64,000 nucleotides of DNA from Somniosus microcephalus. Its lineage: Eukaryota. The notes under the pieces were generated by a model. It was not told the DNA's origin and did not search any database. It was given only the letters and a program-made list of their open reading frames with translations. The stretch covers positions 66,650,001 through 66,714,000 of the forward strand of contig CM126222.1 in assembly GCA_052327205.1 (NCBI GenBank), in the 5' to 3' direction. Both the position numbers and the translations under genes were made by a program. Position 1 is the first letter of the stretch. Every line of letters begins with the position of its first letter. This document shows positions 1 to 13,345 of the stretch, piece after piece.

Positions 1-634
1 TTACAAATGAAGGTTACAGGCCCTACTATATTTTAGCTCAAATTGTTAGCGGACCATGTAAACCCCACTAACTTTCAGTCGCTGAATTCGTGGTCAGAAA
101 AGATTGGACAGTACGGTATGTATAGTTTAATACAAGTAACAAATTGATGAGAATCGCAATTTCACTAAGTGAAGCAGAGAGCTTCAAGTTACATTTTGCA
201 AATCATTTGTCCTTTTGCTTTAACAAAATACATTTGAGTGCACTGTTTTGTATTTTTCTGCCCTGATAACTGACTGAACAAATAGTTGATCTATTTGTGG
301 AGTTGAGCTTATGTTTCCAGCATCGTGGTTATTGGTTGACTGCATAACTGAATACAGATTACAGCAGCGAGTGTTTGAAGTAGCAGATTCATAGCTGCAA
401 GACATTTGAGTGCTTTAATAACTTAAAGAAAATTGGACAAAGTGCTTTTTTTTCTTTGATGGATGTGCTGCAAGTAGCCAAATACTTTTATTAACCCTGG
501 AAGTTTCAGAAAACCAGGATGCTTTTTTCATGAATTTTAATTATTTATGATTTTTATTTAATAAACAAGGCTGTACTTGCTGTTAAATTTATTAGATGCT
601 CATGAAACACAAAATATATTTTTTGTATTGATTT

Positions 635-1030
635 ACAAACATATGAAAAGACGGACAGAAAAAGTTGGTCCATCGAGCCTGACCCAAACAATCACAACGT
701 AACTATCATGACCCCAGTGTTCCTTTCTACCAGCAGCCATATACTGTAATCTCCTGGGAAAAGGCAAAAAGACAGATTTAAAAAAAAACCTAGGCCAATT
801 CAGGGGAAAACAATCTGGGACGTTCCTCTTTGACGCCCCCTAGGCAATCAAACTGAGTTCAGGAATCACAGTGGCCTTGAGGTACATAACTAACATCCCA
901 CCTACCTTTTAAACCCAGTGATATTGGTCACAGCAGGGTACTTAGCCATCTCCTTTTTTGAACTGTTGCCACATGTGCCATCAACTTATTCCAAGTGTCG
1001 ATAACTCTCTGCATAGCAAAGAAAAACCTC
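635..1030 (-). mobile_element. Decayed CR1-like LINE 3' end
   Basis: Reverse-strand LINE tail pattern (ggtccatcgagcctg...ttccaagtgtcgataactctctg); related sequence in opposite orientation near 44270-44430; boundaries approximate. Confidence 0.45.
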
Positions 1031-1358
1031 CTGATATATAATAGATTCTGCTAGACCGTACAGCTTGGTGGTTATACTGTTCCTAGACCAATGCTAGTGC
1101 AATAATCTAGCAAGGACAGCCTATCTGATCCCACCCCCCCCCCCCCCCCTACGCAGAGACTCACTCCCTTGACTCCATATGGGACCTCCCAGCTCAGTAC
1201 AGCTCAGATTAGACCCCGAGCAGATTAGGGAATAGAAACTTTGTTTCCCTCACTCAGTGGAGTTAAGTTTTGTGTTCAAACATGAAGTACCAGTGCACCA
1301 TCAAATTCTTGCACAATGCCCAATAACAGCATTTTTATACTTTGACCTTGACACTGTA

Positions 1359-1612
1359 GCCTCTTGAGCATCCCTGATTTTAATCGCTCAACTATTGGTG
1401 GCCGTGCCTTCAGCTGCCAAGGCCCTAAGCTCTGGAATTCCCTCCCTAAACCTCTCCGCCTCTCCTCCTTTTAAGATGCTCCTTTAAAACCTACCTCCTC
1501 ATCTGCCCTAATACAGTATCTCCTTATGAGGCTCGGTGTCAAATTTTGTTTGAAGCGCCTTGGGACGTTTTACTACGTTAAATGCGCTATATAAATACAA
1601 GTTGTTGGTGTT
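1359..1612 (+). mobile_element. L2-type LINE 3' end
   Basis: ggccgtgccttcagctgccaaggccctaagctctggaattccctccct...gcgctatataaatacaagttgttg; reverse-complement homolog at 25026-25330. Confidence 0.75.
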
Positions 1613-2299
1613 GGATTTAATGTATAGAAGCAATGGTATACTGCTTTTACTGTATTTCAGGCTAGAAGCAGTATTGTGCTGGGAAATCCCAGCAGAATAC
1701 TACTTCTAGCCTGAAATATGGTAAAGAAAAAGGAGCTCACTATCTGCCATAACAGCAAAAAAAATAATCGGAACAGTGAAAAAGGCAACAGTCTGGAGTG
1801 TGTTCTTCAGCAGTAAAAAAAAAATCTGAACATTTAATTGGATAAACTATTGGAGCTTTGCTGTTGAGGTTTATCAAGGTATCTTAATCTATGTGTGTTC
1901 TATGAAGCCATGAGATAATACCCAGCAGATGGCACCTACTTTGTGCTTCTGTTCAAGACTGTCATAGGTGGCAACACAAGATGGATGATCCATTACCTGA
2001 AGAACCAAGCCTTATGTCACATTATCTGACCGCATCGTTGCGCTGCTACGCCCTTTTGTAACACTGAGCTTTCTTAAAGCTAACACTGTTAATTGTCTTA
2101 AAGCCATCTTTTACATGTGTAAAGTGAAAATGGAAGAATGTTGAGTTATGGGTTATGAGCTCAGTCACTTGTGTAAAGTTTTACATTTTACAAGGTGTGC
2201 TGCTAATTTTAGATCCCCCATCAATCTAATACGAAAAAGTTCCCACACTTAATCTGGTTGTAACTATTTTTCTCCACAATTATCACAAACCTGTGTTCA

Positions 2300-2725
2300 G
2301 GCTCCCCTGATGGTGAATGACTAAATGTACTGTGTGAGCCTTACTGACCAAGAAGATTCCTGGCCTATACTGCATTAGCTGACCTCAGCCATGGTATAAT
2401 GAAGGCAAAAAATCAGGCTTCTGTGCATTTGAGCTCTGGTGGGGGGAAATCAGCCAGGGTTCGAGCTCCTCATCACTGTCCAGTGACTGCTGTTGGAACA
2501 TATGCCTATCTGGATGTTGATTGAGGCTGCTGGGTTGAGTTTGGCTGCGATGCAGTTTATGTTTAAATAATCTGTCAATGCGGCCTGGTCTCGCACATGA
2601 AGGGATACCTAATTTTGTAAGATAGGTGAGTGTTTTCTGAGGGTTTTTGGCATACACTGAACTGTATCCCAGCAAGAGTTACAACTTTCAAGGGAGAGAG
2701 GAGGTACAAAATAGGAGTGGGGAGA
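2300..2725 (+). mobile_element. LF-SINE-like element (near full length, degenerate)
   Basis: ttagctgacctcagcc...gggaaatcagccagggtt...ctcctcatcactgtccagtgac...cacatgaag...gtatcccagcaagagtt, collinear with the LF-SINE consensus as recalled. Confidence 0.6.
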
Positions 2726-3714
2726 AATCTTGATTCCAGCCATCTAAGGTCCGAGACAAAGTTGTGGCGTGCAAGGAATTTTATTTTTTGTTTAATGACT
2801 TATGACAATTTTGTGTCTATATATTTCTGTATCTGTGTGTGCATCTATAATATAAATTTGCTCAATATCTTCTTATTAAAAGTAATAGCATTTGGGGGTT
2901 GAAGTAGTTTTGTAAATGTAATACTTGATTTGTCCTTGTTTATAAGTTTTTCGAGATATTGGCCACTTGGCTCTGGTGAGATAAAGTGCAAATTTTGTTG
3001 TATAATAGGAAGTATTAAAGTGGGCTTCACGTAAAAAGCGTATTACCTGAATTACACTCTGGCCAGTGGGAGGGGAGGAAAATCAGGCCCTTTAGGTCTT
3101 CTTACTTATGTAATAAACATAGAGGACTAAACTATATCCTTACTGTGTATTGGCTGTGAATTAAACTCTGTCACTTCAGACCTTAGTTCTGGAGCCTTAA
3201 AATAGTAACTGATCTATAGATCTACAAACAGTAAACTGGTAACCCCACTAAAGGGTGTGTGTGTGTCAGCATAGATGTTCACAGATCCAGCCCAGGGTGT
3301 AAGTGATTTAATTAAAGAATGCGTCAGTTAACTGGAGTAAATAGCAATATCTGAATGTTTGGATTAAAGTAGGTGAAGATGTGTTATTAGATTGCTGGAA
3401 CAATCCACTCACTTATAGTAGTAGTAAATTTGAGGGGGATAAAGTAATTGCTGGTATGACTTCCCCTGACTGTTTCATGTACATTCCTAATTTACCCGCC
3501 TGTGTTTTTTCTCCTGTGCTTTCTCCCCACCCCCAAAAGTCAGCACGAGTATAAAATGAGTCCCCCTGCTTTATTGTCACCCTGACTTTTTTTGCTAATT
3601 TGATCTCCTTATCTTGAGCTGGGAGTAGGAGCAAGTGAGCCACCGAGGTCTCTGTGATTTCAAAGACTGTACTACTCTGCCATGCAGAGAGTGCACTTTG
3701 CCCTTGGTTGAGAC

Positions 3715-3864
3715 CAATGTCTCCCCCCCCCCCCGCTAAATTCTTTGGGGTGCGCGACCTGTTTAACTGCACGGCCCATTCACAGTTTCGTGCGTACGCA
3801 AAACTTAACATTGAAAAAGTTGGTCCCGGGCTGCGCGGGACCGCGCAGCTTATATGGAACGTTG
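3715..3864. mobile_element. 150-bp hAT-type MITE
   Basis: Perfect 8-bp TSD GTTGAGAC (3707-3714, 3865-3872); imperfect TIR CAATGTCTCC / GGAACGTTG. Confidence 0.8.
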
Positions 3865-4616
3865 GTTGAGACAGCTTGCTCCATCAGGTTACCTCCCTCT
3901 GAGAGGTAAGAATGTGCCAGCGGTGTGACTACCTTTTGCATGCCAGATGAAAACTGCTGAACTTGTGTGACTGGTGGAGTTGCATTTCAGCTGGTCACAA
4001 GATGTGAAGTGAGCAGCTTAACCATGGTTGAACTACTTATGAGTTTGTAACCTAAGTGCCTTAACAGATTAAGATGAAGGGGTATATGTTGTGATGCATA
4101 CAATATGGCATCCTTTCCAGAACCCATCTACTGATGCTTGGAAGCTGTCAACACAGAGACAATTCAAAAGCTGAACAGGTTTCAGTAGATGCTTGTTTGA
4201 AAAATAATTAGTAGAGGGCTGACCCTGAGTCAGAGGGGGTGAGTGTAAAATGAAACACTGCGACAAAATATTCTATATTCCAGCCATTGCCACTGGTCAA
4301 ATTTTCCAAAATATATTACATTTTAAATAATTTTTGATTTGTTTTTCTTGCTATTATAGATTTCCCCCATGTAATGGGAGGGGGGAGTAATGGGAGGGGG
4401 GAGTTGAAGTGATTTGTAATATATTTGTATCGCCATCCCAACTGTGTAAATAGTAAATTAGATTTCTTATTTGTTTTTCTCCTTTTGAATAGGTTAGCTA
4501 AAACTTTGCTTCCACTATATATGTTCTTCATCATGATTTAATTTGACAAAAGCATAGAAGATCTGACAGGCAATGGCTTATAATACTTTGCAAGAGCTTT
4601 GAACGGTGGAGATAAC

Positions 4617-5382
4617 GGCCCAGAAATTCGGGTCTCCATGGGTGAATACGCACGGGGTACTCGCCCATAAGCCCGATGGAAGTGCCGGTTTCCTGCATGC
4701 ACTGCGCATGCGCGGGAAACCGGCACTTCCGTTCCTCTGAACGAAGAGGTTCAGAGGTCAAACGCGTGCGTGGGGGAGGATGCGTGCGCATCGAACTTAC
4801 GTTTTTTTTACAGGTTTCTCCGGGATCGTAAGCCTGCAGGATTTAGAAATGTAAAAAGCAGGCATAAGGCCTGCTTTTTATAAGGTAAGTGGTGAATTAA
4901 TTAAAATTTAAATATTTTTTCCACAGGTTTATTATTTTTAAATACTTTAAAGCAAGGTATGTTTATTTTTAGCCGTTAGAATATAAAATTATTCTTTTCA
5001 AAAATTTAAATTATTGTTTAAAATAGTTATTTCATGTAATTTATAGTTTATTTTAAAAATGTGATTTAAAAAAAAAAAAAAAATTATTTGAATGTTTAGT
5101 GCTATTTTGGGGCCATAGTATTTATAAGTCTTGACAGCTCTTCCTGTCAGACTTATGAATGGGCTTTTCCCTGCTCTGATTGGCTGCCCATGGCCCACGT
5201 GATCCCAGGGGACGCATCGAACTAACTGCGCCCCTGGGATACGCAAGCACTGCGCGCCGGCAGCTGGACCAGGCCCCGGATCGGAATTCCACGGGGGCCC
5301 ACAGCTCAACGGCCGGCGCGCAAGGTAAGTGCAGATCGGGGGCTTGCACCCGTGGGAAGCCCCCGACCCGAATTTCTGGGCC
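4617..5382 (-). mobile_element. PIF/Harbinger-like MITE, family A copy 1
   Basis: Perfect 18-bp TIR GGCCCAGAAATTCGGGTC; flanks AAC/AAT; GC-rich ends with AT-rich core; inverted homolog at 31183-31915 (strand is relative). Confidence 0.85.
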
Positions 5383-7687
5383 AATGTAAAACTGTTGCAA
5401 AAATGATTGTTCTTTATGTAAGAAGGTAGCTTGAGGGTGCTGCTACACTTGTGTAGTGTCAGAGCGCCAACATACTGTGAACAGCTGATCTCAAACATGG
5501 GAAGATGCCGAGTAAAGGCCTGTCACTTCCCCACAGGAAAAGGGGGGGGCGGGGTGTGCAAAGTCAGATCTGGTCACCATAAGGTTATCTTGTGCACTTC
5601 TTGGCATCTGGATACAGAGTGGCATTGGTGAAGATCTGGGAGAAGGATGGGACTCCAATATGTCCTTTTAGGCCAAATCTGATGAGTGGTGTGAGGAAGA
5701 ATTGGGGAGGCAAAAATAATAGAATGCAAAAAGTTAACTTATATAACTCAATGGGAAAGTGTTTTAAAATGTAACATTCTCCTGGATTACTTTAATTTAA
5801 TGTTTTTGAAGGATTATCCAGCATTGCCTGGAAGATACTTTTATTTCCAGTGTTATGCAACACTTTCCCCCTTCCATCCACTTGCATTTTCTTTACATTC
5901 CACCAGCATTGCAGACCCTGTAGGTCGCAGGCCATAGCTTCTAAGAATCTGCAAGTGAAGTTTACCTGTGATTTTTTTTTTTCCCCCTTGTTTTATTGCC
6001 CTGGTTTAGTTTCTTGACTTTTATAATTCTTCATTTCTCCTGCCTTGCGCACTGTAATTTGCTCTGTCACTTTTGTAGCAGCCTTTCTGTTTGGCATTAC
6101 CCTCTTTTTTTCTTTCTGTTTATTTTCTTCTTTCTCCTGTCTTGCTATCTCATCTCTTTATACCTATTTTCCATTAATAGTTTGTTTCTCTGATAAATGG
6201 CTTCTGCTTTGGATCAATTTCAAATTCCACTGATGTGCCTTTTCTTAAATAAACACAGCTAATTAAATATTTTTAAAAGACCATTGTCATTTTTAAAACA
6301 TTTTTTTTTTGTCAGCTGGCTTTTCCATTCCAGCAACTGAATACATTGCTAAACAGAATCCGACCTTTTATTCAAAGTACGTCACTACAGTGAAGGAGAA
6401 ACACTTTACTCAAAGCCACTTTAAAACTCCAATTGGAAACAGTGAGGGCAGAAGGGCAGTGATGGGACTTGTGATTTTTTAAATCTAAACTCTTAATGTA
6501 CTGACGCTATCTAAACTGATGAAAATGGAGACTTTTTGAATGTAAATTTATGGCAAAGGCCACAATAATCCATTGTGATTTGAGGCAATTTCTTAACACG
6601 CAGTATCCATTTTACACATCAGTTTAATAAAAAGAAATTCTTTCCTTCAGCGTTGTATTTTACCAGGAAAAGCATTGAGTAATTCTATTAAATAGTTTTA
6701 TCAAAGTCACCAGATAGTGTGTCAGGTCGTGCAAACCACAAGGCGGTAACTTGCATTCCCAGGTGGTGAAGTGACAGGCTTGCTAACACCCAGCGAGTGT
6801 AATAGTTACGTGATTAACAATTTCTGCAATTCATAGAGAATAAACAACGGCTGGAAGTATGTTGCTCAGGATTTGGATGACTTCTTGAGAGCAAAACTTT
6901 CAAAAATTCCTCCAGAACCAGAGAAATGTTGTTGAACACACATAGCTAACTTTTTTTTTAACAGTGAGGGTGTGGAGGAGAAAGGTGGGGGTGAGCATTG
7001 TGGTTAATACTCTTCATTGTTACCAGCAGTGTAGCTGCTGAGTTTTGCACATTCAGTAAACATATACAAAACCTCACTTTTTTAGTTTTCACAGGTTGTC
7101 ATTTGCTGTATAAAATCTAACTAATGTATTTGTTTTAAATGAAACTTCCTTTCAGTTAATTTCTCTGCAGAGATAATTCATTTTTGAGTAACTCATCACA
7201 TCACGTACTTGTATTGAGCTTATTGGCATTAAAACGGACTGCAATGTTTTCTGAATAGCTCGCTTATTTTCACACATCTGCCATTTGACTGAGAGCATCA
7301 TTATGCTCCATAATGCAGTGAAGCACATCTGAAGTGGGGCTCGCACTGGCCATGAAGAGCCTGTTCTTGCTTTTGTTTGCATTAGCACTCCAGTAGGACT
7401 GCTGGTAAGATTAACCACATTTTTATGGTTAGCCAGGTTAGTTTATCAAATGGTGTTGACCTCTCGCTGACCTCAGTTGATAGATATAAATTGTAACTTT
7501 GTAAAAAGAACCAAAGTAAATTATTACCGGTGTCAAAAAAAACTTCAGTTGAAATGAGAGAGGCAATCTGTTAACTATGAGATGGTGGAAACAACTGAGA
7601 CTTTGCTTAGTGACCTCATCTAGTTACTAATCAACCAAGCACTTCTAAGATACTGAACGTAATGGAGGACTGTGGTCATTTAAAAAA

Positions 7688-7815
7688 AATTCTCAAGGCC
7701 GGCATTTATTGCCCATCCCTAGTTGCCCATGAGAAGGTGGTGGCGGGTCGTCTTGAGCCACTGCAGTCTGCATGGTGAAGGTACTCCTACATGCTGTTGG
7801 GTAGGGAGTTTCAGG
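7688..7815 (-). mobile_element. HER1/HE1-type retroelement 3' fragment
   Basis: caaggccggcatttattgcccatccctagttgccc; shares the tail seen at 20000-20055, 46203-46258 and 51545-51660. Confidence 0.6.
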
Positions 7816-8199
7816 ATTATAATGCAGTGTGGTACTGATCATGGATGGCATCACAGCTGAGCCAGATTCTGTGCTCAGCTGTCCACACACAGGTACTTTC
7901 CTGCAGAATAGGTCTCTTGAGTATGCATTTATACTGCAACTTTAACATTACCACAAAACAGTTTCCATTTCCTACTGACAGTCAGTGCACCTCCAGAATT
8001 AGACCCACCCCAATTCCAAAAAGAAGTGCTGAGACACCCCTGGGGGGAGGCAGTCTCGCAGCTTTTGGGTTTGACTCCCCTGGGAGGATAACTGCAGTAG
8101 TGTCGAACCTGGTTTAAAAGGTTGTCTGTTTGGTTGGGTTGGTTAGACTCGCAGATAATACTAGACTAAGATGATAATAGACTCTAATGAAGTAACCAA

Positions 8200-8590
8200 A
8201 GAATTACAGAAGAATTTATTATTTGTAAGGGCAGAACTATGGCGGATGAAATTCAGTACATGCAATGGCAATGAAGCCTTAGATATTGGAAGAAAAAATG
8301 GGGACGTGACATACTTATGACATGATGCATACTAACTAGGGAAGGGACTAGAAGAGATTTGGGAGAGATAGACCTAACTCTGACCATGTTGAGTCATTGC
8401 AGAGCAGCATTAGCAAAGCAAACAGAATGCTGAGCTATATTGCCAAATCAGTCGTGTTTAAGTCTGAGGTTGTCCTGCTGCCACTGTACATTGCTCTCGT
8501 CAGTCTGCGCCTTGAATACTGCATTCAGTTCTAGTCACTAAAACATTCAGTCTATGGAAGCAGTTCAGAGAAGGACCACAAGGTTGGTCA
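8200..8590 (+). mobile_element. Old CR1 LINE ORF2 fragment
   Basis: Degenerate RT C-terminal coding pattern (tggcggatgaaattcagt, aaagcaaacagaatgctg, cttgaatactgcattcagttct). Confidence 0.6.
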
Positions 8591-9692
8591 CATAATTTAT
8601 TCCATTTCTCCCTCGAAGTTTAGCACTTTGTACCTTTTGTTACCAGACCCCTCTCATTTTCTCTGAACTGCTGCTGAATTTTGTTGCATGACTCCATGTT
8701 CCACAACGGGGAAATAAAGAGGAAGATTAACAAGATTATAGCCCTGTACTTGAGGATTTACTGGGATTAAAAAATGTTCTTCTCACCTGATGAGCAAAAG
8801 TGTTTTATTGAAAAATAATACTTAAAAAAAAAAAAAAATGGATTCAGATACTCCCTGTATATAATACAGAACATTGCAATACAAATACTGAGTTTATCGA
8901 AATCTAAAATCTTCTAATGTATTCATTTCCATATCACTCGTGCTACCTGTCTGTAGTCCTGTTTTACCAGTAATGGTGGATTCCAGGCATTATTCAGTCT
9001 TGTGAAAGTTCTGCCTCAAATGACAGCCATAGCTAACTAAGGAAGCCCTAATCTCCATGTTACAAACTGCAACAAACAACTTTCATTTGTGGTTGTCTAA
9101 AAAGGTAAACCTTCCCACAGCCTTAAATAAACTGGGCACTTACTGATCTGAGCCCAAGTTACATTTCCCTGAAAATTTCTTTTAGCAATATTGCGTGCAT
9201 GTGTCCACATAGAGATATCATTTTGAAAAGTTTAAATATGCTCATCATTGGAAAGCAATTTAAACCTTTTCCCACTCTGACCTGGCGAGGTATCAAATGA
9301 AACCACATTCCTACAGTCAGTTTTTTTTTTAGTTCTGGCAGTATTGGGCTATCTCTGAGGATTTTTTTGACAGCACTCTATGCTTATGAAAAGTGACAGA
9401 AGAAAAATTATCCTGATTGGTCTGAAGTAAGACGTGAAGGATTTATCAATTGGGTTTGCAGATTGATGAAGCAAGTGATAACAGTGGATTTACTACATTA
9501 GTCATTATCACAATGGAAGGTGAAATGCAACACTGTTAAAGCTAATCCACTGCAGTGATAGAAATGATACTGGCTTTACAGAAGTTTGACTAACCACAAC
9601 AATCTCGCAATTTTTTCCAGTCTAGTTCAATGAAGTGCAGAGCTTTTACCTGTCTGAGTTGTAATGAGGGGGACTGCGTTTTAAGATGTTTC

Positions 9693-9915
9693 CCAATTAA
9701 TGTCCTGGCCAATATTTATCCCTCAGCCAAAATCACAAACCGATGATTTGGTCATTATCTCGCTGCTGTTTGTGGGAGCTTGCTGTGCACATATTGGCTG
9801 CCGTGTTTTCCTCCATTACAATAGTGACTACATTTCAAAAGTACTTCATTGGCTGTAAAGCGCTTTGGGACGTCATGAGGTTGTGAGAGGCGCTATAAAA
9901 ATGCAAGTCTTTCCT
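9693..9915 (+). mobile_element. Deu-domain SINE (SacSINE1/AmnSINE-like) 3' half with L2-type tail
   Basis: gtcctggccaatatttatccctca...tttgtgggagcttgctgtgc...ttggctgccg...ggcgctataaaaatgcaagtcttt; homologous to 57625-58040. Confidence 0.7.
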
Positions 9916-10539
9916 TCCAACTAGATGCAGGACTCCCTTAAAATGGTATCTAGGGGTTGCAGTGCATATAGCGTGGAGATGCTGTAAGAGGCAGGTAGTG
10001 TTTTGAACTCTGATTTTATTTCATTGGTACATTTTTGGAGCCTCTGCTTCCTCTCCAGAGTCTCCCTTGATAGGAGAGCAGATTGAAAAGTTGAACCTGG
10101 AGTCAGCATGGGCCATTTGCAGGACTCCTGATTTTTCTGTTTTCTAAAAGCAAATTGGGCTGGGAGCATTCATTCTTCATTCTCAGAGCTATGCTCCTGC
10201 TGAGTGAGACTCCATGCTGGGAGAAGATCATTTCCCCATTTTGCTGCTTCTGCCTGTTCCATGCCTCTAATCCCTCTTGCCTTGGTATGAGGAAATCTGG
10301 GATAGTCAAGTTCCCAGTAATGCTTTAATCACTTCTCTCACTGTGAAAATTGGAATGATGTTAGTTTACTAACTCAAGTTTAAACTTGTCTTGTTGGGCA
10401 AGTAGCCCAACAAGACAAGTGTCTAAAGTACATCCTGATCTTTGCCAGCACTAACTGGGTGCCCAGTGTATGGACACATGATAATATTGACCTTGAAACA
10501 CCTGGGATCTTTGGGAAGTGAACATACTTTATCCTTGTA

Positions 10540-11070
10540 CCTTATCTGAGGAAGGATGTTCTTGCCATGGAGGGAGTGCAGCAAAGATTCATCAGACTGA
10601 TACCTGAGATGGCAGGAATGACGTATGAGGAGAGATTAGGTCGATTGGGCTTATACTCGCTGGAGTTTAGAAGAATGAGAGGGGATCTCATTGAAACTTA
10701 TAAAATTCTAACAGGACTAGACAGACGAGATGCAGGAAGGATGTTCCCGATGGCCGGGGAGTCCAGAACCAGGGGTCACAGTCTAAGGATAAGGGGTAAG
10801 CCATTTAGGACTGAGATGAGGAGGAATTTCTTCACCCAGGGAGTGGTGAACCTGTGGAATTCTCTACCCCAGAAGGCAGTGGAGGCCAATTCATTAAATA
10901 TATTCAAGAAGGAGTTAGATATATTTCTTGAGGCTAAAGGGATCAAGGGATATGGGGAGAAGGCAGGGACAGGGCACTGAATTTGGATGATCAGCCATGA
11001 TCTCATTGAATGGCGGAGCAGGCTCGAGGGGCCGAATGGCCTGCTCCTGCTCCTATCTTCTATGTTTCTA
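10540..11070 (+). mobile_element. Young 5'-truncated CR1 LINE (ORF2 C-terminus and 3' UTR)
   Basis: ORF 10567..10980 MEGVQQRFIRLIP...RMRGDLIETYKIL...TRGHSLRI...FFTQGVVNLWNSLP is the classic CR1 ORF2 tail; ends in tctatgtttcta. Confidence 0.92.
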
Positions 11071-13020
11071 TACTGGTGCAGTAATGTCACATGCATAATT
11101 TTCCAGAAGAAATGTGTATTGGGGGTTGGTGGGAATGACTGTACAGCTTGTATACGTTTCTGTATTGTCGAGCTGATCTTTAACCAAAAAAATGAACGTT
11201 GAATCTCCTGATGTTATGTGCAGGCAGGAACAGTATGTTTTGCATCTTTAACAGAACAAATGACAATAATCTCAACAAGGGAAGGATATCCCCCGATTCT
11301 TTTTTTGGGGTGGGGTGTGATTTTATAAAGTATATGTAGTCTATACACTACTCTTAAGCAGAAGAAGCACAACTATCAACAATAAGCTGCCTTTATAAGG
11401 TAATGATTCCGTTGTTGAAATGAATGAGACGTGGAGCTTTGCAATTTGCCGGATATAGGTGGCGTGATGTCAGCAGTATACTGTACTGATTTTCATTGGG
11501 AATTCCAGCCAGCAGAAGCTACTGCAAGAACTGTCAAAACAAGCTTAGTGAAGAAATAATGTGTAGATGCTAAATAGAGACTTAAGATGCCATTCACCAA
11601 AATGGCCAAGAGAGTAACAGCAGTATTTTTTAGGGGAAAGTAATTCCCTTCAGGTTGCTAGAATATTGAATTATTTTAATATTTTCATGTTGGTTTATTT
11701 TGCACCCTTTTGAGAAAGTGAGATTTGAGATTCCAGGTGAAAGAACCAAATGGGGTAATAATATTGCAGCTGAATTCATCCTTTGCAGAATCAGGTGTGA
11801 TTTAAGACAAATAAGGCGTTGAATTGGGAGCAATGTGGTCTTGAAAAAAATTCTCTCTGAAGCTGTGCCTGGAGATATAGAGGACATACATTATTAAATA
11901 TATCTTCCTTTACACTGTGCATTGATACAATACTCTAAGTCAAAGTGCAATGTGCAGCAAGCAGACATTCCAGAATTAGAACTGTGCTTGCACATCACTG
12001 TTTATTTGCAAATTGATTTGAATTTGGTTTTAACCATTCATGCACACAATGCAGTTCAAAGCTTGATTACTGTTGTGTACTCTTTATTGAACCCTTTTTT
12101 TAATGCCGATTCAGAGTAGGTACATAACTTGCACTTCAGTTCCGACTGAGGAACACTTTCTTGGTGTTTTCGTGGGATCGTGGTGCTCCAGCAATACGGA
12201 GGCCACAATGCTGCATCTAGTGCACCAAGTTGGCAAAATTGCTGTTCTCTACAGCAGTGTTAGGAGGAATGATCACATACAACACCTCAATGTGTGAACT
12301 CTGCTTTCCCCTGCTCACCCACTATTAGTATCTATTGAAAACAAATTGGAGCCTCGTCAGCCATAGGAACTACTAAAAACACATCCTGCAATTTCACATT
12401 CCTTGCTTAACCAGCGGAGGACACAAGGTTGGGAGTGTGTCTCCCTACTTTCAAGGCCTTTCTTTGAAAATATATCTCTTCAAAAAAGGAAACAAAAATG
12501 GTTCTGTGGTGTAATGTCTTCGGCACCCAAAAGGACAGTCTGACTTTTAACCTGTGCAAATGCAGTTTTGTGGCTAACTTTTTTTTTTAATGAAGTTCAA
12601 CTTGTTATTTCTATCTGCAGAACTTTCAAGCATGGTCTCAGAATTTGTTGTTTTAATGGTAGAAAGTTCCAGTTTATTCAGCAAAGTATGGGCTGGTATT
12701 GATGTGGAGTAATTGATCTTCACCACCTGCAGCACAACACTGAAATTCACTTAAGCTGTTTAATTTGTGCCAGCACCTTCTGATATAACATTTTGCTGAG
12801 CATTACTGGATAAAAATGTTTGTCAGCAGTTTGGACACTGGAGTGGATGGGAACAAAGCAGTTTTCTTGTAAAGCGTTGTGACACAGTGCCCACAGGTTG
12901 TGCTTTCAAAACTTCTCCAGTACTACAAACTCTGGTCTTTATTTTATTCAAAGCATGTTTTTGTGAAGCCTAATGCATGTTACCTCAGCATAGTACTGAT
13001 TCCGACAGTCTCTCTCTCTC

Positions 13021-13345
13021 TCTTAGGCAGTCCCTCGGAACCGAGGATGACTTGCTTCCACACTAAAAATGAGTTCTCGGGTGACTGATGAGTCCAATGC
13101 GGGACGTACAGTCTCTGTAGCAGTAGGGCGTTCCGGTCTGTCGCTGTTGGGGTTGTCCATGAGTCCTGGCGTTCCAGGTCCCGAACTTCATTTTAAAGGG
13201 TGGAAGATGCCTGTGCGTGAGTTCTTTTAACGTGAGGTGGCCGTTGCACACCAGCTACCACACGGGCTTGACAGCGCAAGGTCTTGGTCCAATGGCAAGG
13301 GGATCCAAGGCGATTGGAGACCAGGCTCTGCTACATCAGACTAGC
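13021..13345 (-). mobile_element. Internally deleted (bipartite) RTE-clade element
   Basis: Minus strand: 5' UTR, then MKFGTWNART (endonuclease start), joined to RDCTSRIGLISHPRTHF and a 3' tail shared with 52872-52975. Confidence 0.75.

Noticed and set aside
10776-11096. Antisense 106-aa ORF
   Set aside because: Reverse frame of the CR1 tail, a common artefact
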